This document shows positions 13,696-27,167 of a stretch of 64,000 bases of DNA, piece after piece. Under the pieces are notes generated by a model. It saw only the letters and a program-made list of their open reading frames with translations, was not told the origin of the DNA and ran no database searches. Both the position numbers and the translations under genes were made by a program. Source of the DNA: the human T2T-CHM13v2.0 reference genome, Homo sapiens; assembly GCF_009914755.1 (NCBI RefSeq), contig NC_060931.1; one strand, 5' to 3'. Each line of letters starts with the position of its first letter. Position 1 is the first letter of the stretch.

Positions 13696-15032
13696 CCAGG
13701 CAAGGTGAGAGGCCCTTGAGGAGGACCGGCTGTGGCTCGCTGGTCTAAAGCTCTAAGCTCCTACTGCTGCTGACTCCAGCTCTGCAGAAGATACAGTGGT
13801 GACATCTCCTGGCTGCCAAAAAGACGGGTGAGTGTGAGCCTGGGGCTCTCAGATGGCTGCAAAGATCAGGGTATCCAGGGTGTTATGTAAGCAGGCAGCT
13901 TCCCCTGCAGTCTGTGCTCTAGGCTCAAAGCACAAGGGCCACAAAGAAGCCCAGCCCAGGATCCTGTCTGCCCGGTGAGCTGGGCAAGGTGAGCATGCCT
14001 GAGGAGTCATGGCCGAGCACGCAGCACTGAGCACAGATCCTGGAGGGAGAGGGATGACCCTCAGCCCCTGCCCTCCGGGACCTCATGGTACAGGTGAGGG
14101 AGGGTGGGTGCTCAGGTTGGAGTCAGTGCAGCTGAGGAAATCTGCATGTGCCCCTTGATGGCAGAGGGCCCCGGGATGCTTCCCCTCTCTCAGCCCCCAC
14201 TGGAACGCAGCCGCACCTTCCCCAGAGGACGCCAGGTAGACTCAGTGGCCAGAGGTTAGGGGGATTCTGCACAGGCGGCTCAGGGTGTGCTGGCACATAC
14301 CACCCTCGCCAGGGCCCAGGGCCCTTGAACGCCCCAGTGTTCAGTGCTGGCCTTGAACCAGGGATGGCCTTCGGGTGAGTGCTGTGGGGCTGAGTGAGCC
14401 TGAAGGAGGACCCTCGGGTGAGAAGAGGCTTCTGGGAGGAGCAGGAGAGAGAGGAGGGGATTTGGGGGAGAGGGGGAGGGGAAGGGACAGGGAGGGAAGA
14501 CAGACAGCCCAGCTGAGTGGGGAGGAGACACAGGGTGGAAGGCTGGGGGTTGCCCTTGAGGTTTGGAGTCTGAGTCTGGATCAGGGTTCTGCTGCTGGTG
14601 GGTGACCCTGCTGCTGGCTCAGCCCCAATCGGGGGCCTGGCTGCCTCACTCAGATGAGGGGCCGGGCTTCCCTCTCCTGCTTTCCAGTGCTTGGACTGTG
14701 GCAGCCACCACACCCACAAGGGAGTTGGTGGTTGATTCCCAAGGGTCCTCATGGTGGAGTTCCCCCTCCCTGCTCTCCCTTGGCCCTGTGGGTGCATTTC
14801 CTGGCCTAGGGCTTTGTGGAGTGAACAGTGGCTCCTCCTGCTTTTGTGGGCCCCTAGCCAGTGAGGTGAGGCCAGACCTCCTGAGGGGAGGGTCCCATGT
14901 CCCCAGAGTCAGGGGTCGGGGTCAGGGGTTGAGGTCAGTGGGTCAGGTGGGTACATTGCAGTCAGCATGTACTCAGGACTGCCTGTGACCCAGAAAAGGC
15001 TTTCTCAGGCCTATTCCCACCCGCACCAGCCT

Positions 15033-15140
15033 GGAGAGAGCTCTGTCAGGCTGAGGTGGAATTTTCCGGAGCCCCGGGGGCTGTGCAGGTGCGGGAGGGA
15101 GAGTCTGTCAGGCTGAGGTGGAATTTTCCAGAGCCCTGGG
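15033..15140. repeat. Two copies of a ~45-bp unit, 62-bp period
   Basis: TCTGTCAGGCTGAGGTGGAATTTTCC at 15042-15067 and 15104-15129. Confidence 0.9.
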
Positions 15141-17447
15141 AGGAGGATTCCCAGCATCAGGTGAGCGGTGACTTCTGACGCACTGTGGAAGCTACAGGCA
15201 GGGCTGAGTCGGCGGCAAGGAGCAGGACCTCCTGTTAGAAAGTCCCAGAAAGAAACAAACCCTCGGGGACCACCCAGAAGGCCAGGATCATCCGAGGGGC
15301 CGCCCCGTGGGGTCTCCATGGCTGCACGTGCATCCTGAGGCCCAAGTCCTCCTCACAGTGGCTTCACTGGGTGCTGGGACTCTGCAGGGACCGAGCTGTT
15401 GGTGCTCCAGCATTCAGGGAGCTCCTGCCTTGGGGTGGACAGACAGCAGGTAAAGAAGCCTCATGCAGGGCAGCAGGGGATACCCTGGGAAGGAAAGTGA
15501 GGCAGGAAACAGACACTGGGCCAGTGGCTCCTGGTGAAGGGATGGGCACTCGGGGATCTCGGGGAGGGTCCAGGTGAGGACAGCAAGGGCAGAGGAGCCT
15601 GTGGGAGGGGTAAGCACGAGGGAGGCCGAGGCCCTGAGATGTGAGGCCCGCATCCTGCTGCAGGCGCTCTGCCTCCAGCAAGAGGTGGCTCTGGGGGACA
15701 GCTCTCCATGGGGGACAGCTCTCCATGGGCTTGGACACCCGTGCTCCCAGACAACAGCTTCTGCCGTGCTCCCAGATGAGAGCCAGAGCCCTGCCTATCG
15801 GGAGGCCACACTCATGCCCAAGACTTCTAGGCCTCAGCAGTGCTCCCAAGGGTGTGGCACCAGGTGAAGCAGGGCAGGTGTGTGGACCAGGTGTGCTGGG
15901 GGGGCAGAGGGAGGGCAGCACCCCGTGGGCCAGCTACCTCTTGTGTGGGCACACAGCACCTGTGCACTCAAGGTCACCCATGTGCACGCCGCCTCTCCAC
16001 TCCTGGCAGCAGCCACCCTCGCACCATGTGGCTCTGTGTCCTGGCTCCACAGGGCTCCCTGCTGCTGCCAGGAGCAATTCCTGGAGTCCAGCATGTGGAG
16101 GTAGCAGGGCCTCTGCTGGCTTTGGGACTGGACCAGCAGCACTGCAGGTGCCCTGGCTCTCCCACCTGGGCACACCTGAGGCCTCTCGCCCTTATCTCCC
16201 AGGGCCCTAGCGGTTCCCCTCCACCATCCCATCCCAAAGCCTCACCTTTCCAGTGTAGCCCCAGGCCCCAGAGCAGGTGTATCCACTTTATTGTACACAC
16301 AGCATTTGACTCAGAGCCCAAGACATGTATCTGATAGGAATAGGGCTGCTCTGGATGAGGGAGGGGGTGCCCAGCCCCCCAGCCTGGCTCCCCAGCACGC
16401 CCACTGCCCTGGCTCTGCGGAGCACCTTCCAGACCATATCAGAAGCCCTCAGGGAGGCCCCTGGACCCTGACATCCCCGAGACCCCCTGAGGGACCCACT
16501 TTGCTAGCTGCATGTCTGTGTCACACGGAACTGTCTCCATGCTCTGCAAGCAGGTGGAATGCAGGAGCAGGCAGGAAAACCCAGCTCTTCCAAGTCAGAC
16601 ACTGGAGAGCTCTGCAGACACGAAGACAATGCCATGCCTCCCCCTAAATGCTTTTTGTTTTGGAAAATATAGCTGTTCGTCATAAGGTATTTACGTTGAC
16701 GTATGACAGGTTTATGATTGTTTTAATGAATTAATAGGTATTTTAAATGCTCTTAGTTTCGATTTCTAGTGTTTCTCATTGGTGATTTCTAACGTGGCAT
16801 CGTGGCTGCATTCAACCCCCATAAACGCATGCTCCATGGTGGCCTCCATAGCTCTTCAGACCCAATGTGTGAGTCCCGGGCTCCAGATCGTGTCTCAGCC
16901 CCTCCCTGCTCCCTCAGCCAATAGCCTGTGTCCGTGTGGCCCCTCCCCCGAGCTTCCCAGTGACGGAGGAAGGCAGACGCCGCGTGCTTTCCAGGCGCTG
17001 TCCTAAGCCCTTTGCAGATATGGAGCCACTTGACCCTCCTATAACGCGTGCAGTGGGTCCTATTACCCCCCATTTACGGACCAAGGGCAGGGAGGTGGAG
17101 ACACTGGCTGGAGGCCGCGCAGCAGGGAAGTGGCAGTCAGGAGGCAGCCCAGGCCCTCCCATCCGACTTCAGAGGCCAGACGCACGCCTTCTAGACGCTG
17201 ACTCACAAGCCAAGTCACTCCTTCCTGACACTCACGCCACCATGTCCTCCCCAAAGTGCATTTGCATTTTAACAGCCATCTTCCGTGAGCTGACTCTGTG
17301 GTTTTCAGTCAGTGGTTTCCAGTCGGCTATTTGTCATAAGGTATTTACGCTGACGTATAACAGGATTATGAGTGTTTTAATGAATTAATAGGTATTTTAA
17401 ATGCTATTTAAATGTACTACCTCAAAAGGCTGAGAAATGTGGGGCCT

Positions 17448-17843
17448 CTGTGTGGATGTGTCAGTGTGTGTGTCTCTGTGTGTGTCAGCGTGTGTGTCTG
17501 TATCAGTGTGTGTGTCTGTGTGAGAGTGCGAGAGTGTGTGTCCGTGAGAGTGTGTCAGTGTACGTGAGTCTGTGTGTCGTGAGTGTGTCTGTGTGTGCCC
17601 GCGTGTCAGTGTGTCTGTGTGTGTCAGTGTGTGTGAGTGGTCGAGAGTGTGTCCGTATGTGAGTGTGTCAGTGTTTGTGTGTGTGTGTCAGTGTGACAGA
17701 GTGTGTGTGTTTGTGCCTGTGTGTCAGTGTGTCTGTGTGTGTCATTGTGTGTGTCTGTGTGTGAGAAAGTGTGTGTCCGTGTGTGTGTTAGTGTCTGTGT
17801 GTGTGTTTGTGTGTGAGTGTGTGTGTGCACGCATACACACGCA
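17448..17843. repeat. Degenerate (TG)n / GTGTGTCAGT microsatellite
   Basis: ~390 bp of interrupted GT dinucleotide repeats. Confidence 0.95.
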
Positions 17844-17849
17844 TATAAC

Positions 17850-18640
17850 TCTGCTGTGGCTTCTATAACAAAGTACCGTGGACCGAGCAGCTTGAACAAC
17901 AGAAACTCCCTTCCCCGCAGTCCTGAGGTCCGGAAATCTGAGATCACGGCGTGGGCAGGGCTGGTTCCTCCTCAGGCCCCTCCGTGACCTGCAGACGCCA
18001 TCCTCTCCCTGTGTCCTCACGTGGTCATCCCTCTGTCAGCGTCTGCTTCCCAACTTTTTCTTCTTGTAAAGCCCATTAGTCCGTTCTCACCTGACTATAA
18101 AGAAGTCCCTGAGGCTGGGTAATTTATAAAGAAAAGCGCTTTAATTGGCTCAGGGATCTGCAGGCTGTACGGGAAGCGTGACGTCATCTGTCTCTGGGGA
18201 GGCCTCAGGAAACGTCCAGTCATGGCGGAAGAAGAAGGGGAAGCCAGCTCATCACAGGGGGAAGCAGGAGTGAGAAAGAGGAGGGGGGATGTGTCACACA
18301 CTTTTAAAAGACCAGGACTCCTGTGAACCCAGGGCTCGAGCTCACTTATCACCAAGAGGCTAGCCCAGCCATTCATGAGGGATCCACCCCCATGATCCAA
18401 ACACCTCCCTCCAATCCCCACCTCCAACACTGAGGATCACATTTCCACATGAGATCTGGGCAGGGACAAATACCCAAACTGCATCCTAAAGACACCGGTC
18501 AGATTAGATTAGGGCCCACTCCAAAGCCCTCATCTTAGTTTAGTTACCTCTTGAAAGACCCTGTTTCCAAATACAGCCACATTCTGAGGTCCTGGGGGTT
18601 AAGACTTCAACATATGGATTTGGGGGATACAACAAACGCC
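17850..18640 (-). mobile_element. MLT1B-like LTR split by an MST insertion
   Basis: MLT1 sequence at 17850-18071 resumes at 18487-18640 (gaccctgtttccaaatacagccacattctgaggtcctgggggttaagacttcaaca). Confidence 0.8.
18072..18486 (-). mobile_element. MSTB-like MaLR solo LTR
   Basis: attagtccgttctc...gctgggtaatttataaagaaaag...ccattcatgagggatccacccccatgatccaaacacctcc; perfect 5-bp TSD TAAAG. Confidence 0.85.
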
Positions 18641-19081
18641 ATTTGGGGGTCACAGTGACTGAGGGTGCTCCTGGATTTTGTTGGGGTGATGGTTGAGCAA
18701 GGTTGCTATTCACCCTTCAGTAGGTAGGACACCCCCCCAAGGGATATCTACCCAGCAAAACGCCAACAGTGTGCTCTCTCAGGAAGACTTCCTGAAAACA
18801 AAGAGCCAGGTAGAATCTCAGCACACGGCAGGTCGCTGGTTGATGTTTTCAAGAAGCAGCTTTGGGGGTTTCCTCAAATCCATCCAATGAGATTCCATCT
18901 CTTTGAGCATCTAGGATGTTCAAGGAGAAACGGCTCCGCTTTTTCCTGCTTCTCCAGGAATCCAGCTTAGTGGGTTTACCTGCCTCTGTCCAAGGTGCTC
19001 CGTTGTGAGTAGCCCCTGCCTCTGGGTGTGCAGGTGATTTGGGGACTGAGAGCTGAGGCGCTAAAGTTAAAATGGCTTAAC

Positions 19082-20570
19082 GTGTGTGACTGTGTGTGAA
19101 TGTGTGTGTGTACGCGTGCGTGCGTGCGTGCGTCTGTGTGTGGGAATGGGTGTGAGTGTGTATGAGTGTGTGTGGGAATGGGTGTGTGTGGGAGTGCATG
19201 TGTGTGGGAATGTGTGGGGGAATGGGTGTGTGTGGGAATGGGTGTGCGTACGTGTGTGTGTGGAAATCGGTGTGTGTGTCTTGTGTGGGAATGGGTGTGT
19301 GTGTGGGAATGGGTGTGTGTGTTACAGTGTGTGAGTGTGTGTGTGTGGGAATGGGTGTGTGTGGGAATGTGAGTGTGTGTGTGGGAATGGGTGTGAGACT
19401 GTATGAGTGTGTGTGGGAATGTGTGTGTGGGAATGTGAGTGTGTGTGGGAATGGGTATGTGGGAATGGGTGTGAGTGTGTGGGAACGTGAGTGTGTGGGA
19501 ATGGGTGTGAGGGGGGAATGTGAGTGTGGGCATGTGAGTGTGTGAGTGGGAATGGGTGTGAGTGTGTGTGTGGGAACATGAGTGTGTGGGAATGGGTGTG
19601 AGGGGGGAATGTGAGTGTGGGCATGTGAGTGTGTGAGTGGGAATGGGTGTGAGTGTGGGTATGAGTGTGTCTGTGTGTGAGAATGGGTGTGAGTGTGTGT
19701 ATGAGTGTGTCTAGTGTGGGAATGGGTGTGAGTGTGTGTGGGGAATGAGTGTGTCTGTGGGGAATGGGTGTGAGTGTGTGTGTATGACTGTGTGTGGGAA
19801 TGGGTGTGAGTGTGTGGGGGGAATGTGAGTGTGGGAATGGGTGTGTGTGTATGAGTGTGTCTGTGTGTGGGGAATGGGTGTGTGTCTGTGTGTGTGGGAA
19901 TGGGTGTGAGAGTGTGTGTGTCTGTGGGGGAATGGGTGTGTGTGTGTGTGGGAATGGGCCTGAGTGTGTCTGTGTGTGGGGGGAGGGAATGGGTGTGTGG
20001 GGGGAATGGGTGTGTGTGTGTCTGTGTGTGGGGGAATAGGTATGAGTGTGTATGTGTGGGGGGGAATGGGTGTGTGTGTGTGTGTAGGAATGGGTGTGTG
20101 GGGGAATGTGAGTGTGTGTGGGAATGGGTGTGTGTGGGAATGTGTGTGTGGGAATGGGTGTGTGTGTGGGAATGGGTGTGAGTGTGTGTGTGGGAATGGG
20201 TGTGAGTGTGTGGGGGAATGTGTGTGGGAATGTGTGTGTGGGGATGGGTGTGAGTGTGTGTGGGGGAATGTGTGTGGGAATGTGTGTGTGGGAATGGGTG
20301 TGAGTGTGTGGGAATGTATGTGGGAATGGGTGTGTGTGGGGGAATGGGTGTGTGTGGGAATGTGTGTGTGGGAATGGGTGTGAGTGTGTGTGGGAATGTG
20401 AGTGTGTGTGGGGAATGGGTGTGTGGGGGGAATGTGTGTGTGGGAATGGGTGTGTGTGTATGAGTGTGTCTGTGTGGGAATGGGTGTGAGTGGGGAATGT
20501 GAGTGTGTGTGGGAATATGTGTGTGTGTATGAGTGTGTCTGTGTGTGGGAATGGGTGTGAGTGTGTGAGA
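19082..20570. repeat. ~1.5 kb G-rich minisatellite, unit approximately GGGAATGGGTGTG(AG)TGTGT
   Basis: Dozens of GGGAAT(G/GG)GTGTG units separated by variable TG runs; higher-order ~91-bp duplication near 19490-19655. Confidence 0.97.
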
Positions 20571-23085
20571 GGCTCTTTCTCAAGACTGTAGGAGTGGGGG
20601 CTTCTCCATGGGGACACTTTCAAAGGAGGAAGAAAGAACAAAGGAAGAAGGGTGGATTTCACTCCTTTCCTTGGAAATGAGTCATGACTGAACAATGAAT
20701 TTGGGGAAATTTTATTGAATTTCATGCCACGGCCTTGGTGCAGGCACCACATGATCTACTACATTCGGGGCACATAGGTGACACCCCCCAGCTGTGAGGG
20801 CAGGTGCCCCGAGACTGGGTGTGTGCTGGGCATTCCTGGCAGGCGTCACGTCCCCTTTGGCGGCAGATTGCTCCTGTGGGGCACTCTCCACCGCCTTCAT
20901 GGGCCACGGTGAATGCCAGCCGTGACATCGGGGCAAGCTGCCCATCGAGGAAGCCGAGTCGGCTGTCTGCTGACCTGGCAGCCATGCCTGCTGGTGCTTC
21001 ACTCCCTGCGAGCAAGGGGCTTAGGGACTGCTCTAAAGATTGGGGTCAGAATCCCAGACCCCAGGACCCCCCATCCTGGCCCGTCCTCAGGGAGAGCTGC
21101 CAACAGGGTCCCCACCCGTTCCTTCCTCTGCTTTCTTTCCACACTTGGAGCCAGCTTTCTTTTTTGTTGTTACAAAACCTGTATTGAAGAACAACAGACT
21201 CTAAGACAGAGGTCCCTCAATGTCATCACCAACCCCATCCGTGTTGGCGTCGGCCCTGTGCCTCCTGTTCCTGCCCGTGTGCATGTTCATTTTTACAGAT
21301 TTATAATGACAAGAGAGGGTATTGTCCTCTCTTCCCTAAGTTTATGCCACGTGGACCTTCTCATTTTCGCTGGTGCCTTCCTTTCTCAGGAACCTCTTTC
21401 CCCCGCTCCCTTCCCCCTACCCTGCTCCATTCCCACCCCTCCCCCGCACCCCGCACACACCTTTCATGCCCCTGCTCCTATGAGCAAACACAGCATGCGT
21501 GGGGAGGGTCTTCACTACGGCTTCTCCTCCGCAGCTTGCTTAATTGCTCCGTGGTAATCAGGACCATCTCCCAGTTTGGGAACCGGATTCCTTCTGGGAG
21601 GTGGGGGAGCTGGAGGGGTAGGAGCCTCAGAGGAGCTGGAGTCCTGCTGAGACGCCCCACCCCCATCACCATCATCTCTCCCCCATCTTATTAGCAGGTT
21701 CCTGCCCCTGCACTTGGCGGTGTCTACCCAAGCTGCCTGAGCCGGCCATGTGAGCAGCGCCTCCAGTACCGCCACAGTGAAAGGGAGGCCGAGCATCCTG
21801 GAGCCCATGAACCCACACAGCCCCCATAAGCTGCCCAACATCTTCTGGTGGTTTCTGTTCAACCCCAGAGACTCTTGGAGTTTACCTTAACACTGTCACC
21901 TTCCCAAACTCCATGGAGGAGGGGCTGAGCCTCTTAGCATCTTCTGGGACGGCCCCTTCCTCATGGGGGTGGGTGGTGAGGGCGGTGCAGGGGGAGACTA
22001 GGAGGGCTCCTGCATCTCCTGGTCCCTCTGTGGATAAATACACGGCCAGTGCCCCAGGCCTGGGTCCATATGAACACTCTCCCTCCCCCACCACCAGGAA
22101 AAGCAGTCACAGCTACAGGTGGGCATCCTCCCCTCCTCCCCACTGTGCTCCCAGGCACCTGCTGGCTGTGCTATGCTCTGCAACACAGGGCTGCCGGCCA
22201 GGGTGGGGCCACAGTTAGTCTCATTCCACCTGTGCCGTCTCTGACTCACTGCACTGTCCGAGTGGGCAGAAGGTAGGTGCCGGCTCCAGGGCCAGGGGAC
22301 ACTTAGCAACTGCTCAGAATCTCCCAAAGGTGGCTTTTCCTCAAGGTACCATCTCCTTCCTCCTTTCACCAGCTCTCCCAAAAACAGGTGTGAGAACTAG
22401 TCCCTTGATGTGAGAGATACTGTGAAGTTCTCGCTTTATTTTAAACCCCGGCTTAATCAGATGATTTTTCTTGTGGGCTAAGCACTTTCATCCTTTGCCT
22501 CCTTGAGAAAATTGTCAAAGCTGAAGGTCTCCTTGCCAATGAATCAATTTCTGCCTCTAGCACCTTTTCCCTCTTTCACTTCCATTGTGCAAATAACCAG
22601 TTCATGCTCTGGGTCGGTTGGCTGAGCAGACAGGCAGGTGGCACCTGCACAGGTAAGTGGTTGGGATGAAAGTCAGGTCCTTTTTTCTCCCTCCACAACC
22701 AGAACCCCAATTAACCTGGTACCCACAAGTTCCCGCCCTGGCTAGCGCCCTCCAACTGGGCCCATTTTGCATTCAATGCGATTCCAAAAACAAAAAAAAG
22801 TGTTTCACGTAAGCCCTTAAGATACAACAAGAGTAGGGCAGAATTTTAATACTGGTTTTGCTTTAAGACGCAAGTAAGTCTCTTTTGGGAGCCAGCATGA
22901 AGTGGGGGCACCACCACTATCCAACTGCAGATGGGGTTGGCTCCAGGCAACAGGTGGATGCTGGACGGGGAAACCAGGAAAGGCTGGGCCCTACAAGGAG
23001 CCCACCATGACCTGCAAAGGCCAAGGAGGCCAAGCACTCAGGAACTGCAGGAAGACAGGCTGTAGGGGACATCGGGAGAACTAAG

Positions 23086-23441
23086 TGTCTTAGTCTGTTT
23101 TGTGTTTCTATAACAGAACACCACAGACTGGGCCGTTTATAAAGAAAAATTTATTTTGCGCAGTTCTGGAGGTTGGGAAGTCCAAAGTCGAGTGGCCGTA
23201 TCCGGTGAGAGCCCTCCTGCAGCATCATCCCATGACGGAAGGTGTCCCATGGTGAGAGAGCACGTATACCAGCTCAGGTCTCCCTTCCTTTTCTCATAAG
23301 GCCACATCCCCCATCGGGTCCCATCCTGATGTCCTCATCTAATCCTAGTTACCTCCCAAAGGCCCCACCTCCAATCAACATGTGACTATGGGGAGTAAGT
23401 TTCCAGCCTATGAAACTGGGGGACACATTCAAACCACAGCA
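23086..23441 (-). mobile_element. MSTC/D or MLT1A-type MaLR solo LTR
   Basis: tgtcttagtctgttttgtgtttctataacagaacaccacagactggg...gggacacattcaaaccacagca; TSD CTAAG/CCAAG. Confidence 0.85.
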
Positions 23442-24578
23442 CCAAGCAAGCTGGAGCAGCCAAGAGGAAGCCACATGTTCCTGCAGGGCAGGGCAGCCTC
23501 CACCATGCAGGGCTGGGACAGGCCAGGGCAGTGAGGGCTCATGGGGGCCGCACCCACGCCAGCTCCTGCAGCACCAGCCTCTGGCCAGCTGTGTGCCTGG
23601 AGCAGAGGGGAGCAGGACCCACGTCCCAGTCCCCCACATCCCAGATCTCACCGAAGAGATCAACTAGCCTAGGGCCAGGCCAGTAGGAGAGGACCTTGTC
23701 CATTTTCTCCATGAAAAGTCAACATTTATCTCTCCAAGTACAAGTCACTTCCTAATCTTGAGATGTGTGGAAACAAGCTCTTTATGCTGAAAATCAACTT
23801 CTACATTTTAGTTCTGAGATGTGATTCTGCCAGCCATGGTGGACGAGGAGGATGGTAGGGACTTAGCTAGAGTAGCACGTCCTCACTAGACAGGGGTGGG
23901 TGGTGTGGGGAGGTGGGGGGCTTGGCCTTAGCCTGAGTGTGACGTTCAGCCTGCATCTTGAGCACAGTGAGAGCCTGAGCCACTGCACCACTGAAGATGC
24001 TTAGAAGAGAGACCACAGCAGGCGAGGAGGCTTCCCAGGGGTCTGCGCTGACAAACCAGGGATGAGGGTGGCCAGCTGTGCATGAGCCCCCCAGCACCCA
24101 TGCAGGCGTCCCCACCTTCACCACCTAAGTGTGGTCACGCACCCAGGGAGAGCTTTCAACCTGGCTCTCTCAAGTGTGTTTCTAAACACTAGAGCCAGGA
24201 ATCCTGTCCTGTGGGTCCCTGAAAGATAACCGGTGAGCCCAAGATCTCCTCGGAGAAACAAGGCTCCCCTTAGGGAGGGCCCAGGAACGTGGGGGCCTCT
24301 GTGAGGCAGAGGGTCCCAGAGGGTATGACCGTTTCTGCAGAATGGTGGCCACTCTGCAGAAACAAAATCACAGCCCAGGAAGAGCTGCCAAAGTGGGGGC
24401 CAGGGGAGCCGGAGAGGGGGACTGAGCCAGATGCCTGCAGAGCCGTGGCTCACAGCCTCTAGGAGGTACGCCCATGAATGTTTCAGAACACATTTGAGGA
24501 CTGACGTAGGTGACCAACTTTTTCTTTTGTTAAGCAAGGATTTTTAATCACCATTACTGGATTAAAGAAAAAACATTT

Positions 24579-24886
24579 TGGCTGGGTGCAGTGGCTCACA
24601 CCTTTAATCCTAGCACTTTGGGAGGCTGAGGCAGGCGGATCACTTGAGGTCAGGAGTTTGAGACCAGCCTAAGCAACATGGCGAAATGCCATCTCTACTA
24701 AAAATACAAAAATTAGCCAGGCCTGATGACACGCACCTGTACACCTGTAGTCCCAGCTACCTGGGAGGCTGAGGCATGAGAATTGCTTGAACCTGGGGAG
24801 GCGGAGGTTGCAGTGAGATGAGATGGTGCCACTGCACTCCAGCCTGGGTGACAGAGTGAGACTCCATCTCAAAATAAATAAATAAA
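24579..24886 (+). mobile_element. Alu (AluS-type)
   Basis: Full dimer, A-rich tail, ACATTTT on both flanks. Confidence 0.95.
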
Positions 24887-26876
24887 TGACATTTTAATAC
24901 CACAATTAGGATAATTTCAGAATAAAAATTTTTTTTCTTTAAAACTTTGTAGAAAATCCCACACACCCAATTTGGCCTTGTCTGGGAAATGTGAGGATTC
25001 CTGTCTCCTGGGACAGACAGTCTCACTGCCAGGCATCCTCCCCCTGCAGTGATTCACATCCTACAATGTCTGCCCTGATGTGTCAATTGTAGAGTAGGTC
25101 CCTCATGGAGGCCCAGAGGCCCCAGCCCAGAGCCCGTCTGTCAGTCATTGGCTGAGAGTGGTTGGGACAGGTGACCCCGCAGTTGAGGCGACCCCCCACG
25201 ATCTCTGGAAAAGGCAGCTGAGCCCCAGTTGCAGCAGGTTGGGGGAGATGGTGCTGCCACAGCACAAAGGACCTAGCCCCAGTGGCACCCACCACTGTCA
25301 GAACTCTCCACCGAGGGCCAGGGTGGATCTTTCCTCCCACATCCAAGCGCATCTGACATCTTCACCTTGAATCCTGAGTTTCTCTCTTAACTCTGTCTCA
25401 CTTTGTCATGAACAAACTCTTTCTTGAAAGTTGTATTTCTCTGGGGCCAGAAAGGCGAGGAAAGAGGCGCTTTCTCCTGGGAGGTGGGCCTCGTGTGTCC
25501 CTGTCGTGGCTGAGAGTGACTGCCCCAGCACCTATGAAGAAAGCCCAGAGACTCTGGAGGCTCAGCTGGGATAACGCCTGGCGTGCTCGGGGGTCATGGC
25601 CACCGCCTGGACTCTGGAAAAATGGGAAAAATGCTCTTGGCAGACAGCGGGGCAGTCAGGAGGGAGCTGGCCCCACCAGCCCAGGCAACGCCCAAGAGCT
25701 GTCCTCCCACTCGGCTCCAGGAGACGTTTAAATGGGGCCTGACTCCCCCATCTCTGATTTAAAAGATAACCAGAAGCAGCAGAGAAAACATCTGAAGTGC
25801 TTCCTGGACACACCTGTTAGGAAGTTTCTGCAAGAACCCAGGTAAGAGCTGGACTAAGCGGGGGTCCGTGGGTGGGAGGAGGGAGAACGCCTGCCTGGGC
25901 GTTTACAGAGATGAGTTTGCAGAGATAATGATGCCAGGGTTTCAGCCCCAGCCCCAGGAAGAGAACGGCAGCAGGAAAAGTTAGAGAGGAGAGGGAGCAG
26001 GAGGTGGAGAGCTCGGCCCCTCCTTCGCTGCTGCCCTCTGGGTGACGCTCAGCGGAGGCGCCACATAGCAGCTGCGAGAGCCCCGAGACAACCTCTGCAC
26101 TGTTTATGGGATCGCATTAGGGGAGCAGCGGCCCTGCATGACCCCACAGGTGAGCAGGACACCTCATCATAGGGTAGGCACGTGAGCAGACTCACCCTCA
26201 CACAGCTGCCTTCAGGGCTGCCCAGGTCAGGTGCTCAGAACACAAAAGAAAGTGAGACAAAGTCGCCACCCTGGAGTTTACGAGCTGGCGTGGGAGACAG
26301 GCTGGCACTGAGGATGACAGTGGAGAGAGATCGGGCTGGGAAGAACCGGAGGCGCTGGGGAAGCCGGGTCAGCAGGGAGACCCCAGCAGAGTGGGAGCCG
26401 GAGGACGGCGGCGACTGCAGCCCGACTGTTTCAGGTGGCGTCCTCGTCACGAGAGGAGCTTGAGCGGGTCGTGGCCTTCCTGGCAACCTGCCTACAGAGA
26501 AAACGATTGCTGGGTGCAGATGTCTCGAACATTTATTGCATTCCACGTTGTCAGTCAATAAAACAGCTTTGCGAGCGTAATACTGACAAAATCAAGTTCA
26601 GGCGGTAAGCCCCAGGGCTTCCAAGAAAAGTGGATCGGGGGGCTTGCTCAGCTCTGGTATCCAGGGGGGGCCACTGCCTGGTTCCCAGGCAAAGGAGTAC
26701 AAACTGCCGGGAGAAACAAGGACCCTGCAGGAAGAAGGGACCTGCCCGACTTGTTCCCCCGCACCCACATCAGGAATTTTCCCAGAAAGCCATCCACTTT
26801 GTTAGAGACAAAATAAAGGTCATTTGGAGAAAAACCTGCCAGCAGCTGCTGCTGCTTGAAAATAGAAAAGATTTTA

Positions 26877-27167
<291 letters not shown>

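Noticed and set aside
14123-16647. Cluster of 100-224 aa ORFs on both strands
   Set aside because: GC-rich, stop-poor DNA; overlapping frames, Pro/Gly/Ser-biased, no recognisable domain
19082-20570. Possible CRISPR-like, telomeric or satellite III identity of the array
   Set aside because: No unique spacers, no TTAGGG, and not a (GGAAT)n pentamer array; the DNA is eukaryotic
19322-20752. 476-aa and overlapping His/Thr/Pro-rich or Cys/Val/Gly-rich ORFs
   Set aside because: Translations of the minisatellite, open in several frames only because the repeat unit lacks stop codons
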